From Deltaproteobacteria bacterium (lineage in GTDB: Bacteria > Myxococcota_A > Polyangia > Polyangiales > Houyiibacteriaceae): a stretch of DNA of 53,793 bases. The translations under genes were made by a program, and so were the position numbers. This document shows positions 26,724 to 37,126 of the stretch, piece by piece. How positions within the stretch are numbered: position 1 is the first letter of the stretch; each line of letters begins with the position of its first letter. The stretch is from contig JAXMNT010000051.1 in the NCBI GenBank assembly GCA_034670305.1, positions 1 to 53,793 on the forward strand. Direction: 5' to 3'. The notes under the pieces were generated by a model. That model did not search any database, had not been told where the DNA came from, and saw nothing but the letters and a program-made list of their open reading frames with translations.

Positions 26724-27932
26724 ATGCTGCCCCCCGTGAACCGGACTTCCTCTTTCACACTCCTGCTTCTGCTCGCGTTCGGAACACCGGTCGCCGCGCA
26801 GCCGACCCCGCCCACGGAAGGCACCGAGCCGACCGAAACCACGCCAGAGGGTGCGGACACGGAGGGCGCGGAGACGGCGGGCGCGGAAACCACCGGCGCA
26901 GAGGGTGCTGCCCCTGAAGCTACCGAGGGCGCCACGGACACCGAGGGGGCCGAGGGCGCCGAAGGGGCCGAGGCCACCGAGCCGGCGTCCGAAGCCGGCC
27001 CGCTCATCATCGTCGTCGACGCCGCGCCCTACGGGGTCGCGCCCGTGGTCGGCCAGCACGTCACCGCACGCATGCGGCTGACGGCCCAAGAGATGGGGTA
27101 CAGCGTGCTCGGTGCGGCCCAGACCGTCGCCACCGCACAACGGCTCCAGATGCCGTACCCGCCCGCCCCGTCCGATCTCTGGCGCGTGACGTACGCCGCC
27201 CAGGCGCGCCGCGGAGCATTTGCCCGAGTGTGGGCCCACGACGGCCAGTACGTGGTCGAGATCAGCGTGGCGAGCCGCGACGGTCGCGGCCCCTTCTTCT
27301 CGCGCGGCACCGCGAGCGCGGAACAGCTCCACGAAGTGGTGGCGCGGCTGACCCGCGAAGCGATCCCGCCGCCCAGCGCATGGGACGAAGAGGCCGCCGC
27401 GCAGCAGCAGACCGCTCAGGAACAAGCCGCGGCCCAAGCCCAAGCGCAACAGGCTGCGCGCACGCCGCAGCCCGTGGTGCGTCGACCGCGGGTCGACCGG
27501 CGGCCCACCCGCCGTTTCGATCTGGCGCTCCACCTGGAAGGCGCCATCGGCACCTCGAGCGACAGCTTCTTCAACCTCTTGCTCGGCGTCCGGCTCGGGT
27601 TGCGGGTCACCAACACCTTCCACCTCGGCTTGGTGTTCAACTACGGCAACCTTCGGGGACGGGACGGGCGCGCCAACAACATCCTGCCGATGCTCCAGGC
27701 CGAGAACCGCATCCGCATCAGCTCACGCAGCGACATCACCGTCCCGATCCGGTTCTCGATCGGCTACCTGCCGTTCAATGGACCGGTCGTCCGACTCGCG
27801 GCCGGCCTGAACATCCCGCTCAGCAAGAAGCTTGAGCTCGCCTTCGACATCCTGACCCCGACCTTCTGGGTGCTGCCCGACCGCACCGCCGTCAGCCTGA
27901 ACCTGGGCGCCGACCTCATCGTCCGGCTCTAA
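26724..27932 (+). CDS. Exported protein with a C-terminal outer-membrane beta-barrel-like domain
   Basis: Signal peptide ending VAA-Q, T/E/G/A-rich and Q/A-rich linkers, and alternating amphipathic strands ending [11 protein letters not shown]. Start ATG 26724 or GTG 26736. Confidence 0.7.
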   Translation: MLPPVNRTSSFTLLLLLAFGTPVAAQPTPPTEGTEPTETTPEGADTEGAETAGAETTGAEGAAPEATEGATDTEGAEGAEGAEATEPASEAGPLIIVVDAAPYGVAPVVGQHVTARMRLTAQEMGYSVLGAAQTVATAQRLQMPYPPAPSDLWRVTYAAQARRGAFARVWAHDGQYVVEISVASRDGRGPFFSRGTASAEQLHEVVARLTREAIPPPSAWDEEAAAQQQTAQEQAAAQAQAQQAARTPQPVVRRPRVDRRPTRRFDLALHLEGAIGTSSDSFFNLLLGVRLGLRVTNTFHLGLVFNYGNLRGRDGRANNILPMLQAENRIRISSRSDITVPIRFSIGYLPFNGPVVRLAAGLNIPLSKKLELAFDILTPTFWVLPDRTAVSLNLGADLIVRL

Positions 27933-27935
27933 GCC

Positions 27936-28106
27936 GCGAAGCGGAAGCGGTCGCGGAAGCGGTCGCGGAAGCGGACACGGTCGCGGAAGCGGTCGCGGAA
28001 GCGGTCGCGGAAGCGGTCGCGGAAGCGGTCGCGGAAGCGGTCGCGGAAGCGGTCGCGGAAGCGCGGAAACGCGGAAACGCGGAAACGGAAGCGGTCGCGG
28101 AAGCGG
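27936..28106. repeat. Tandem array (GCGGAAGCGGTC)n
   Basis: 12-mer built from GCGGAA/GCGGTC hexamers, in a convergent gap. Confidence 0.95.
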
Positions 28107-28163
28107 CCCTCTCACACTCGCACGGCCAACCCTCTCCGAAGACCCGGACGGAGCCTGCCCGCG

Positions 28164-29267
28164 TTACCGGAAGAAGAAATACAGGACGACCGCGACGCAG
28201 ATCACCAGCATCGCCCATTGCTTCTGGGTCGGTCCTCGAGGCGCGGGCGCGGTCGCGCCGGCGGGCGCGGTGCCGGTGAGTTTTCGGTAGGCCTCCGAGA
28301 CCCGCTGAAAACGTCGGGTCGCTTCGAGGTCGCCGGCGTTGCGGTCCGGGTGCAGCCGCACCGCCATCGCGCGGTACGCGGCGTCGATCTGGGGACGCGT
28401 CGCACCTGGAAGCAGCCCGAGCGCCGCGTACGGGAGCCACTCGTCGTCTTCGCCCTCCACGACGATGCGGACGACCAAGTCTCCGCGATGGGCGGCGAGG
28501 TCGGGCGCGCGGTAGGGGTCGCCCCCCAGCTGGACCTGGGTGGGTCGCGCGAGGTGGGGCGCACCGAAACGCGGAAGCCCGAGTCCGGCGAGACGGATCT
28601 CGTGGCCGGTCTGGGTCCGCGGTGGCAGTTCCACCCGCCACGTGCCTTCCGGAAGCGGCACCCAGACGCTTCCCCCGTCGCGCGCTTGTTCGGCCGTGAT
28701 CTGGACCAGGGCCCGCAGGTCGTCCCCCTTCCGGACGAGATCTTCGTGAGGCAAGAGTTCGACCAAGAGGTGCAGGTCGCCGGGTCCCTCGCCGTCGGCG
28801 AGATCGTCGCCCTTGCCACGCAAACGAAGCGTCTGGCCTTCGGCGACGCCGGACGGGATCTTCACCGTCAGCGATTCCCGCCGCCGCTCGCCGCCCGTGC
28901 CACCGCACGCCGCACAGCCGGTCTCGAACTGCTCCCCTCGACCGCCACAGGTTTGGCAGGTGGTGGTCGTGGTGAAGAACCCTTGGGTCTTGCTGTGTTG
29001 ACCGCTGCCACCGCAGGCGTTGCACGCCAGTGCGCTCTCGGACGCAGGCGCGCCCCGCCCCAGGCAGTCGGCACATGCAAGGAACCGCTCGATCTCGAGC
29101 GCTCGATCGACACCTTCGAGATCCCGCAGCGAAACCCTCAGCGCCATCGTGCGGTCGCGCGTCCTCGTCGCGAACTTGGCGGCGCCGCCAAAGAGGTCAC
29201 CCAGAAGATCCGACTGGAACATCTCCTGGAAGTCTCGAAAGACGTCCGATGGTTCTTGGTCCGCCAC
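28164..29267 (-). CDS. Rearranged DnaJ-like co-chaperone (Zn finger, CTD, J-domain, TM tail)
   Basis: Four CxxCxGxG motifs; VKIPSGV..GQTLRLRGKG..PGDL; a J-domain with HPD near the C-terminus; hydrophobic tail. Start GTG 29267. Confidence 0.85.
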   Translation of the reverse strand: MADQEPSDVFRDFQEMFQSDLLGDLFGGAAKFATRTRDRTMALRVSLRDLEGVDRALEIERFLACADCLGRGAPASESALACNACGGSGQHSKTQGFFTTTTTCQTCGGRGEQFETGCAACGGTGGERRRESLTVKIPSGVAEGQTLRLRGKGDDLADGEGPGDLHLLVELLPHEDLVRKGDDLRALVQITAEQARDGGSVWVPLPEGTWRVELPPRTQTGHEIRLAGLGLPRFGAPHLARPTQVQLGGDPYRAPDLAAHRGDLVVRIVVEGEDDEWLPYAALGLLPGATRPQIDAAYRAMAVRLHPDRNAGDLEATRRFQRVSEAYRKLTGTAPAGATAPAPRGPTQKQWAMLVICVAVVLYFFFR

Positions 29268-29323
29268 AGGTGCGAGTGTAGCCGCGAATGAAGAACCGTC
29301 GGCTCCTCCACGACCGGTTCGGA

Positions 29324-30445
29324 CTACTCGGTCGGGTCCGGCTTCTTCTTCTTGCGCTTCGGTTTGCGAACGCCGGCGATGCCGACTTTCAACCGCTGCA
29401 TGACCGCTTCGTTCTGGCGCTCTTTGTACGCTGCGTGGCTCGCGTCGCCGACCTCGTTCGAACGGTCGGTCCCGGTGTCGAGCACCTGGAACTCGGTCTG
29501 CACGAAGATCACTCGGCCGAGCGCCCAAGCGGCTGGTGGCGCTTCGGTCAACATGGACTCAGGCATCCGAATGGGCATGTCCGCCACGAAATGAACGACT
29601 CGGTACGCTTCGGAGCTGAAGACGTTGTCGACGAGGCCGCCCTCTTCTTCGCCGAAATCCAGGGGAAGCTGCAGTCCCGGCACCAGCGTCTGAAGATGCG
29701 GGTCCGTCTCGCAGAGCTGCCGGAACCGCACGAGCGTGTTCGTCGACTCCTTCGGGATGACGTAGTTGAACGGGAACACTTCGCGCATCAGGAAGTTCAA
29801 CATCGGCAACACGTCGTCGGTCGCGCGGGTCACGATGCGGAACCGCAACTTGTCGTAGATCTGCGCGGCGGTGACTTCCTGCTTCGAGAGCAGCTTCGTG
29901 TAGAGCGAGTCCTTGTTCTTGCGACCGCCAATGAACTCGACGATCGGGAACCCGGCCGCAAGTGCGTCTCCGACGACCCGGTAGACCTTCTGCTCGACCA
30001 GGTGGAACACCTCTTCGTCGGACGTCGGGAGCATGAAAAGCAGCTCGCGCGCTTCGAGGTGATGAATGATGTGCATCACCTTCAAGATCGTGCAGGCGCA
30101 CAGTTGCCGGTGTCCCTTGTCGGACGCGAGCTCGAGCAACCCGCCCACATTCAACTCAGCCACGGGCCGGGGGATCGGGAAGTCGAACTTCCGCCGCAAG
30201 AAACTCATCGCAGAGTTCTTGATCGCTTCGGTGCGCGCGCGATCGACCGGATCGTTGAGATCGATCTCCTGCGCCTTGAGGAAGCGGTCGACCTCGGCGC
30301 GGCCGGTGAAGTTGAGCCGGTGCCAGTCGATGACCGAACCGCCCTGGAGCAGGAGCCGGATCGCCTCGAGCTCGGCGACGCTCAGCCGTTCGAGCGCACG
30401 AAACGCTTCGGGGCGCTCCCGTGTGGATGATTCCGCGGTCGACAC
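29324..30445 (-). CDS. TIGR04552-like myxobacterial protein (RelA/SpoT-like nucleotidyltransferase fold)
   Basis: LEAIRLLLQGGSVIDWHRLNF, GRKNKDSLYTKLL, IYDKLRFRIVT, FPFNYVIP and TEFQV. Confidence 0.75.
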   Translation of the reverse strand: MSTAESSTRERPEAFRALERLSVAELEAIRLLLQGGSVIDWHRLNFTGRAEVDRFLKAQEIDLNDPVDRARTEAIKNSAMSFLRRKFDFPIPRPVAELNVGGLLELASDKGHRQLCACTILKVMHIIHHLEARELLFMLPTSDEEVFHLVEQKVYRVVGDALAAGFPIVEFIGGRKNKDSLYTKLLSKQEVTAAQIYDKLRFRIVTRATDDVLPMLNFLMREVFPFNYVIPKESTNTLVRFRQLCETDPHLQTLVPGLQLPLDFGEEEGGLVDNVFSSEAYRVVHFVADMPIRMPESMLTEAPPAAWALGRVIFVQTEFQVLDTGTDRSNEVGDASHAAYKERQNEAVMQRLKVGIAGVRKPKRKKKKPDPTE

Positions 30446-30458
30446 GTTCGCGGGCGGC

Positions 30459-30653
30459 TCAGCCGCCGCGGCTCGCGGTCGAAGTCGATGCGTCCGCTGC
30501 CGATCGCGCCGCCTCGGCAGTGCGCCCCAGGCTCAGCGTCGCGAAGAAGATGCCGACCGTGATGCCCAGAACGACGATGTTCCCAAGGAAGGCGCCGTTG
30601 CAGCCAGCAACGAACGGAATCACGAGAGCAAGGGCGGTCAGCGACTTCGTCAT
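30459..30653 (-). CDS. Small membrane protein / lipoprotein (64 aa)
   Basis: Lipobox-like VAGC followed by a second hydrophobic segment; ends 13 bp before the next gene. Confidence 0.6.
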   Translation of the reverse strand: MTKSLTALALVIPFVAGCNGAFLGNIVVLGITVGIFFATLSLGRTAEAARSAADASTSTASRGG

Positions 30654-30950
30654 TCGGTGGGGAGTCCTCGGGGCAAGCGGTCAGTGTCGGTGATTGGGTG
30701 CGCCAAGCACCTTCATCATCCTACGTGTAGGACATGTTCCTACAACCCCCTGTGGTCCGTCAAGCTTCTACCAGTCGGCGGTGCTCAGCGCTAGGCGGAA
30801 TTCACAAACACACGGGATCCTTGGGGGTTCCGGGGGAGGGATCAGAGGTGATCCGGCAGCGCTTCGGCTGGGCAGGGACTCCGGCGGGAGGTATGGTTCG
30901 CCCCGCTTCTCCCCTTTCACTCCCGATCCACGTCCACTGCCCGGCATCCC

Positions 30951-33302
30951 ATGACCGATTCGCTGTTTCCTACCGATCCCACGCCCACGCTTCCCATCCT
31001 CCCGTTGCGGAACTCGGTGTTGTTCCCGGCCGCTGTGGTGCCGGTCAACGTGGGTCGACCTCGTTCGGTCCGCCTCATCGAAGACGTGGTGGGCCAAGGC
31101 GCCGAGCGTCCGCTCATCGGTGTCGTCGGCCAGCGCAAACCGGAGACCGAAGACCCCTCGTTCGAGGAGATCCACTGGGTGGGGACCGTCGCGCGGATCC
31201 TCAAGGTCATCCGGCTCAACTCGGGCAACTACAGCGTCGTTCTGCAGGGTGTCTCGCGCATGCAGATCTTAGAAGCCGCCGGCCGCCACCCATGCATGCA
31301 AGCGAAGGTCGAACGCATCCGCGAGCTGCCGCAGACCGATGTCGAGATCGAAGCGCTGGCGGCCCATCTGCGCGAAGCGGCGCGCCGGCTCTCCACGATG
31401 CTTCCGAATCAGCCGCGCGACGCGAGCACCATCCTCGACAACGTGCAGGAAGCGGGCGCGCTCGCCGACCTGGTTGCGTCGAACCTCCCGATCGGAAACG
31501 ACGCCAAGCAGAGCGTGTTGGAGACGCTCGATGTGCGCGAGCGGATCCGCCGCGTGCTCGATCTCGTGACTCGCCAGTCCGAGGTCTACCGCGTCAAGAA
31601 GGAGATCTCGACGATGGTCGAGGAGGAGATGTCGCGTTCTCAGCGCGAGTACCTTCTTCGGCAACAGCTCAAGGCGATCAAACGCGAGCTCGGCGAGCCG
31701 GAAGACGACGAAGACGACATCGAAGCGCTGCGCGAGAAGGTTGCGAGCACCGACATGTCGTCCGACGCCGAACGCGCGGCACGCAAGCAGATCAGCCGGA
31801 TGCGCACGATGAACTCGGCGAGCAGCGAGTACCACGTGTGCCGCCAGTACGTGGAATGGCTCACCGACATTCCCTGGGCGAAGGGCACCGCGGACCGACT
31901 CGACGTGACCGAAGCGCGGCGGGTGCTCGACGAAGATCACCACGGACTCGACAAACCGAAGCGTCGGATCTGCGAGTACATCGCCGTGCGTCGTCTGCGC
32001 CACGACGTGCGCGGTCCCATCTTGTGTTTCGTCGGTCCGCCCGGCGTCGGCAAGACCTCGCTCGCGCGGAGCATTGCCCGGGCGACGGCGCGGCAGTTCG
32101 TGCGGGTCTCGCTGGGCGGCGTGTCGGACGAAGCCGAGATCCGTGGACACCGGCGGACCTACGTCGGCGCGTTCCCGGGACGCATCGTCACCGCGCTCAA
32201 ACAAGCGCAGAGCAAGAACCCGGTGATGCTGCTCGACGAGGTCGACAAGCTCGGTTCGGACGGTCGCGGCGATCCTTCGAGCGCGCTGCTCGAAGTGCTC
32301 GACCCCGAGCAGAACAACACGTTCACCGATCACTACATCGAAGTACCCGTCGACCTGAGCTCGGTGATGTTCATCGCCACGGCCAACCGCATGGACACGA
32401 TCCCGACGCCGCTCCTCGACCGGATGGAAGTCATTCAGTTGCCCGGCTACACGCGGGTGGAGAAGTGCTCGATCGCCAAGCAGTTCCTGGTGCCGCGCCA
32501 GCTGGCCGACCACGGCATCACGCCCGACCGGCTCGAGTTCACCGACGCCGGCATCGAGTGCATCGTCGACGAGTACACCCGAGAGGCCGGCGTTCGACAC
32601 CTCGAGCAGCGGGTGGCGGCCATCTGCCGCTCGCTCGCAGTGCGGCTGGCGAACGGCGAAGACGCCTTCGAGATGGCGACGCCAGGGTTCGTGGAAGACG
32701 CACTCGGACCGGCAACCCACAAACGCGAAGCCCTCGAACGCGCCTCGCAGTCCGGGCTGAGCGCAGGGCTCGCGTGGACCCCTTCGGGTGGCGTCGTGCT
32801 CTACGTCGAGGCGCGCCGCATGACCGGCAGCGGCAAGATCCACCTGACCGGCCAGATGGGCGACGTGATGAAAGAATCGGTCGCGGCCGCGTTCACGTAC
32901 ATTCGTGCGCGCGCTGGCGAGCTCGGTCTGCCCGAAGACTTCCTGAGCAAGATCGACGTCCACGTGCACTTGCCCGCCGGGAGTGTGCCGAAGGACGGCC
33001 CCTCCGCGGGCATCACGATCTTCACAGCGCTTGCTTCGGTACTGACGCGGCTGAAAGTCCGGCACGACGTGGCGATGACCGGTGAGATGACGTTGCGGGG
33101 CAACGTGCTTCCGGTTGGCGGCATCAAGGAGAAGATCCTCGCCGCCCACCGCGCTGGCATCAAACACGTGATCCTCCCGAAACGAAACGCCCCGGATCTC
33201 GAGGACGTGCCGAAGGAGATCCGCGAAGGGCTCGAGTTCCACCTCGTCGGTCGGGTCTCGGACGTGCTTCCGCTGGCGCTCGAGACCGGCTCGATCTCGT
33301 AG
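30951..33302 (+). CDS. lon: Endopeptidase La (Lon protease)
   Basis: LPILPLRN N-domain, [33 protein letters not shown] (Ser) and GGIKEK (Lys). Confidence 0.97.
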   Translation: MTDSLFPTDPTPTLPILPLRNSVLFPAAVVPVNVGRPRSVRLIEDVVGQGAERPLIGVVGQRKPETEDPSFEEIHWVGTVARILKVIRLNSGNYSVVLQGVSRMQILEAAGRHPCMQAKVERIRELPQTDVEIEALAAHLREAARRLSTMLPNQPRDASTILDNVQEAGALADLVASNLPIGNDAKQSVLETLDVRERIRRVLDLVTRQSEVYRVKKEISTMVEEEMSRSQREYLLRQQLKAIKRELGEPEDDEDDIEALREKVASTDMSSDAERAARKQISRMRTMNSASSEYHVCRQYVEWLTDIPWAKGTADRLDVTEARRVLDEDHHGLDKPKRRICEYIAVRRLRHDVRGPILCFVGPPGVGKTSLARSIARATARQFVRVSLGGVSDEAEIRGHRRTYVGAFPGRIVTALKQAQSKNPVMLLDEVDKLGSDGRGDPSSALLEVLDPEQNNTFTDHYIEVPVDLSSVMFIATANRMDTIPTPLLDRMEVIQLPGYTRVEKCSIAKQFLVPRQLADHGITPDRLEFTDAGIECIVDEYTREAGVRHLEQRVAAICRSLAVRLANGEDAFEMATPGFVEDALGPATHKREALERASQSGLSAGLAWTPSGGVVLYVEARRMTGSGKIHLTGQMGDVMKESVAAAFTYIRARAGELGLPEDFLSKIDVHVHLPAGSVPKDGPSAGITIFTALASVLTRLKVRHDVAMTGEMTLRGNVLPVGGIKEKILAAHRAGIKHVILPKRNAPDLEDVPKEIREGLEFHLVGRVSDVLPLALETGSIS

Positions 33303-33307
33303 GCTCC

Positions 33308-35575
33308 GTGGCTTCTCGACCTCGCCGCCGGTGGTCGCGACCGACCGCCACCCAGTTCGGAGTGGTGGTTGGGTTCTGCCTCGGCGTCGGCTTGAGCTTC
33401 TCCCGGCTGCTCGGCGTGCAGGGCGTCGAGAGCGCGCTCGTGCTCGGCCTCGTGCTGCCTCCGCTGTGTGCCGCGATCGGGGCTCGAACGGTGATCGCCG
33501 CCCGGCTCGCCGGTGAGTTCCCGACCGCCGGCGCGGTCCTGCGGCGCGCGACGATGTCCGCGATCCTCGTGTGGCTGATCCCAGTGACCGTGCTGGCCGT
33601 GAACCAGATCCGCGTGCGCAACTGCACGCCGTTCGAAGGGCTCGCGTTCGTCGCGCTCGGTCCGGGCGTCGGTGTGTTGGTCGCCGCGCTGGTGGGCGTG
33701 TTCTTCGGCGCCTGGGTACGCAGGCCGCGCCGCGCGACACTGCTCGCGGTGCTCGTGCCGCTCCTCTCGTACGGCTTCGGGCTGTGGGCGTTCTGGAGCA
33801 CGCCGGCCATCTTCGTGTACGACCACTTCGTCGGCTGGTTCCCCGGGTCGCTCTACGACGAAGACATCTCGTTGCCGATGACGTTCGTGACCTTCCGGCT
33901 CGTCACCCTGGGACTCGCCCTCACCGTTGCGTTCGCCATCGTCGCGATGTGGCGGCCTGGACTCGACCGCCTCGGCGCGCCGCGTGGGCTCGCGTTCCCC
34001 CTCGCGCTGGTCATGGGCGCAGCGACCTTGCTCGCGAGCAGCCAGGGCGACGCGCTCGGTCACCGTGGGCGCACCGAGGCGATCCAAGAGGCGCTCGGAT
34101 GGCGCGGTGAAGGCGAACGGTGTGTGGTCTTCGGTCCGCGCGAACTCTCGCCGGAGTCCAAACGACGGCTGGTGCTCGATTGCGACTTTCGGGTGGCCAA
34201 CGCCGCACGGGTGCTCGGGGTCGACCAAGACGAAAAGGTGCACGCGTACTTCTACCGTTCGGTGGACGAGAAGCGACGCTGGATGGGTGCGGGTCGGACG
34301 TTCATCGCCAAGCCGTGGCGCCGGGAGGTTCATCTGCAGCTGCGCGCTTGGCCGCATCCGGTGCTGGCGCATGAGATCGTGCACGTGGTCGCAGGCCGCG
34401 CCGCGGAAGGCCCGTTCCAAGTCAGCGGATCGATGGGTGGCTGGCGACCGAACCCCGGCCTCATCGAAGGGGTGGCGGTGGCGATCGAGTGGCCTGAGCG
34501 AGACGGGATGGACCCCGACCAGTTCTGTCGTGCGATGCGCCAGCTCGACATGTTGCCCCGGCTCTCCGATGTGATGAGCCTGCGCTTTCTGACCCTCCCG
34601 ACCCGTCGGGCGTACGCGGCGGCGGGTTCGTTCGTGCATTGGATGTTCGAGGCGTACGGCGCCGAAGAAGTGCGCCGCGTGCATCGGGCCGGCGTGCTCG
34701 ACGCTCTCGGTTCCACCGCTGAGCTCGAAGCCGCCTGGCATGCGCACCTCGACGACGTGGAGTTGCCCGAGGGCGCGCTCGCACTGACCGAACTTCGTTT
34801 CTACCGCGCGAGCATCTTCCAAACCGCGTGCCCCCATCGGCTTGCCCGGCTGCATCAAGAGATGGCGTTTGACCGCGCGGCAGGCGACGAACGGCGCCTC
34901 GCGTTGGGATGCACCGAAGCCCTCGAGATCGATCCAGGCGACATCGGCGCACGCGCGGCGCTGGTCGGCGCGGCCGCCCGCTTCGGCGCCTTCGAGGCCG
35001 CCGACCGGGAACTCGACGCACTGGAGGGTGCGCCACCGCCACTGATCGCGCGGGCGCGCGAAGAACTCGCGGACGCCCGATGGCTCCGCGGCGACCGCGA
35101 CGTGGCGCGCGCGGTCTACGCAGAGCTGCTCGAGCTGCCGCAGAGCGACGACGAAGCCCGCGCCCGCGAAGTGAAGCTCGACGTCCTGCGCGCTGGCGGC
35201 GCCCAGGGGCGCTTCGTCCGCGACCTGCTCGTGGGCCACCGGGGCCGCAGCCCGAACGCAACGGTCGCGATGCACTTGGCCCGCGAGATCGACCGGGTTC
35301 GGGAAGACGGGCTCGGCGCCTACCTCGAAGGCCGCCAGCTGCTGCAGTCCGAGCGCTTCGACCTGGCGCTTCCGGCGCTCCAGCGGGCGGAGACCCGCGG
35401 GCTGCCGACCGACCGGCTGCAGGACGAGCGGCTGCGTCTCGAAGCGATGGCGCACTTCGCGGTCGGCGATCTCGACGCGGCCGAGCAGACCTGGGAGCGG
35501 GCCGAGTCGCGCGCCCGGCTGCGCCACGAAGCGAGCGACTGGCTCTTGCGCATCGCCCACACCCGCGGGCTCTGA
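33308..35575 (+). CDS. Multi-pass membrane protein with an HExxH...E zinc-peptidase domain and TPR-like C-terminus
   Basis: About 7 TM segments, then VLAHEIVHVV...GLIEGVAVA and AYAAAGSFV; starts 5 bp after lon. Confidence 0.75.
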   Translation: MASRPRRRWSRPTATQFGVVVGFCLGVGLSFSRLLGVQGVESALVLGLVLPPLCAAIGARTVIAARLAGEFPTAGAVLRRATMSAILVWLIPVTVLAVNQIRVRNCTPFEGLAFVALGPGVGVLVAALVGVFFGAWVRRPRRATLLAVLVPLLSYGFGLWAFWSTPAIFVYDHFVGWFPGSLYDEDISLPMTFVTFRLVTLGLALTVAFAIVAMWRPGLDRLGAPRGLAFPLALVMGAATLLASSQGDALGHRGRTEAIQEALGWRGEGERCVVFGPRELSPESKRRLVLDCDFRVANAARVLGVDQDEKVHAYFYRSVDEKRRWMGAGRTFIAKPWRREVHLQLRAWPHPVLAHEIVHVVAGRAAEGPFQVSGSMGGWRPNPGLIEGVAVAIEWPERDGMDPDQFCRAMRQLDMLPRLSDVMSLRFLTLPTRRAYAAAGSFVHWMFEAYGAEEVRRVHRAGVLDALGSTAELEAAWHAHLDDVELPEGALALTELRFYRASIFQTACPHRLARLHQEMAFDRAAGDERRLALGCTEALEIDPGDIGARAALVGAAARFGAFEAADRELDALEGAPPPLIARAREELADARWLRGDRDVARAVYAELLELPQSDDEARAREVKLDVLRAGGAQGRFVRDLLVGHRGRSPNATVAMHLAREIDRVREDGLGAYLEGRQLLQSERFDLALPALQRAETRGLPTDRLQDERLRLEAMAHFAVGDLDAAEQTWERAESRARLRHEASDWLLRIAHTRGL

Positions 35576-35628
35576 CTTCCTGCCGCTGCAGATCTGGCTC
35601 GCTTCGCCTGACTGCCGTTGCGGGCTGA

Positions 35629-37041
35629 CTACCGTTCGATGCGGCGGAACCAGAAGCTGTCGTCGGTTTCGACCTGGAGCGCGACAAAGGTCTGAAAGCC
35701 CGGGCCGAACGTGCCCGCGTAGTTTCGGTCGATGGCCGTGAGCAGCGCGGCGTTCTCACCACAGACGGCACGGCTGTGTACGGAGTTCATCCAGCCACCC
35801 CCGGCGGCGCCCCGCACCGTCATGTTCCCGCTGTCCAACGACAGCCCGGGATAGGTCGTGCCTTGGTACGTGTACGCGCCCTCCCAGCGACCCTCGAGCG
35901 CGCAGCGTTCGTCGGTTGGCACACTCAACTGGAACGACTCCGCCACCGCGTCGCCCTGCACCACATCGGAGAGTTCGAGCGTGCCTGCGTCGAGGTCCAC
36001 GACGACGGCGGGATCGCCATCTTCGGCCGTCGTGCTCCCGTCTTCGGCTTGGAGGATGCGGCCGTCCGCCGACGTGCACGCGCACATGCCGGAGAGCGCC
36101 TCGCCGTACACCAGCTCGTCGCCGCACCGGAGCACCACCCGGCAGTTCAGATCGTGCCCCGCGATCCACGGATCGATCGAGAGTTCGCAATCCGCATCCC
36201 GCTCCGAACTCCGCGCCACCCGGCGCACAGGATCCAGAGGGGCGAACCGCTCCTCGCCGGAGGAGAGGGCTTCACCGCGGCGCACGGAGCTCCATTCGTC
36301 GACGAAGATCTCGAGGTCGAAGGGATCTTCGCTTTCCCGCCAGACGCGCAGCGCGTGGCGGGCCGAGTCGAGCCGGACCTGTGGTCGTGGTCCGGTCCGC
36401 TCGCCGGTGTCTTGATACGAGAGCCGGTAGCGCCACGCGCCTGGGTCCGACGTCGCCTCGACCACCGACGAGTCCCGAAGCGTCATGCCGGTGCCGCTGG
36501 ACTGCCCCGGCTCGTAGAGCAGCCCGTCGCAGTACACCGATACCGAGCGGATCGCAGGCCCCTCCGTCAACGTCGCCTCGACGATGCAGCCGCGCCCTGC
36601 GAGTTGGGACGCGCCGTCGCTCCGAACGACGATCCCCGGCAGCCGCACCACGCTTGGCTGCACAGGAGCTGGCGAAGCCTCTGGGCCGCCTGCGATGTGC
36701 TGCTCAGCGGGGGGAACCCCGCCCACCGGCACCCGGTCGACGGCGGCCTTGTCGCCCCGTGCGAAGAGCGCGGTCCCCGCACCGATCGCCACCACCAGCC
36801 CAACCCCCAGCGCGATGTACATGGGACGGTTCGGGTGTGCCTTGGGTTGGCGGGGCGGACCGCCGAGTCGTTCGACCTGCGCGCGCAGACGCTCCAACTC
36901 CCGCTCGTCGCGGACGTCCTTGGCCGTCTGGGCGGCCAACGCCGCTTTGGCTTCGGCCAGCTCGGACTGAAGCTCTTCGGCCTCGCGCCTGGCCGCCTCG
37001 GCTTTCGCGCGGAGCGCGTCGCGATCGTCTCGAAACGCCAA
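35629..37041 (-). CDS. Hypothetical single-pass membrane protein with an N-terminal coiled coil
   Basis: MAFRDDRDAL coiled coil, TM YIALGVGLVVAIGAG, and a Cys-containing extracytoplasmic region. TTG start. Confidence 0.7.
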   Translation of the reverse strand: MAFRDDRDALRAKAEAARREAEELQSELAEAKAALAAQTAKDVRDERELERLRAQVERLGGPPRQPKAHPNRPMYIALGVGLVVAIGAGTALFARGDKAAVDRVPVGGVPPAEQHIAGGPEASPAPVQPSVVRLPGIVVRSDGASQLAGRGCIVEATLTEGPAIRSVSVYCDGLLYEPGQSSGTGMTLRDSSVVEATSDPGAWRYRLSYQDTGERTGPRPQVRLDSARHALRVWRESEDPFDLEIFVDEWSSVRRGEALSSGEERFAPLDPVRRVARSSERDADCELSIDPWIAGHDLNCRVVLRCGDELVYGEALSGMCACTSADGRILQAEDGSTTAEDGDPAVVVDLDAGTLELSDVVQGDAVAESFQLSVPTDERCALEGRWEGAYTYQGTTYPGLSLDSGNMTVRGAAGGGWMNSVHSRAVCGENAALLTAIDRNYAGTFGPGFQTFVALQVETDDSFWFRRIER

Positions 37042-37126
37042 CGCTCAGCCCATCGACGCCGCGAAACGGAGCGTGAAGCGCCCGTCGCCGGGATGGGGTT
37101 TGGGGGCGGTGCCCCCGGGGAACATG

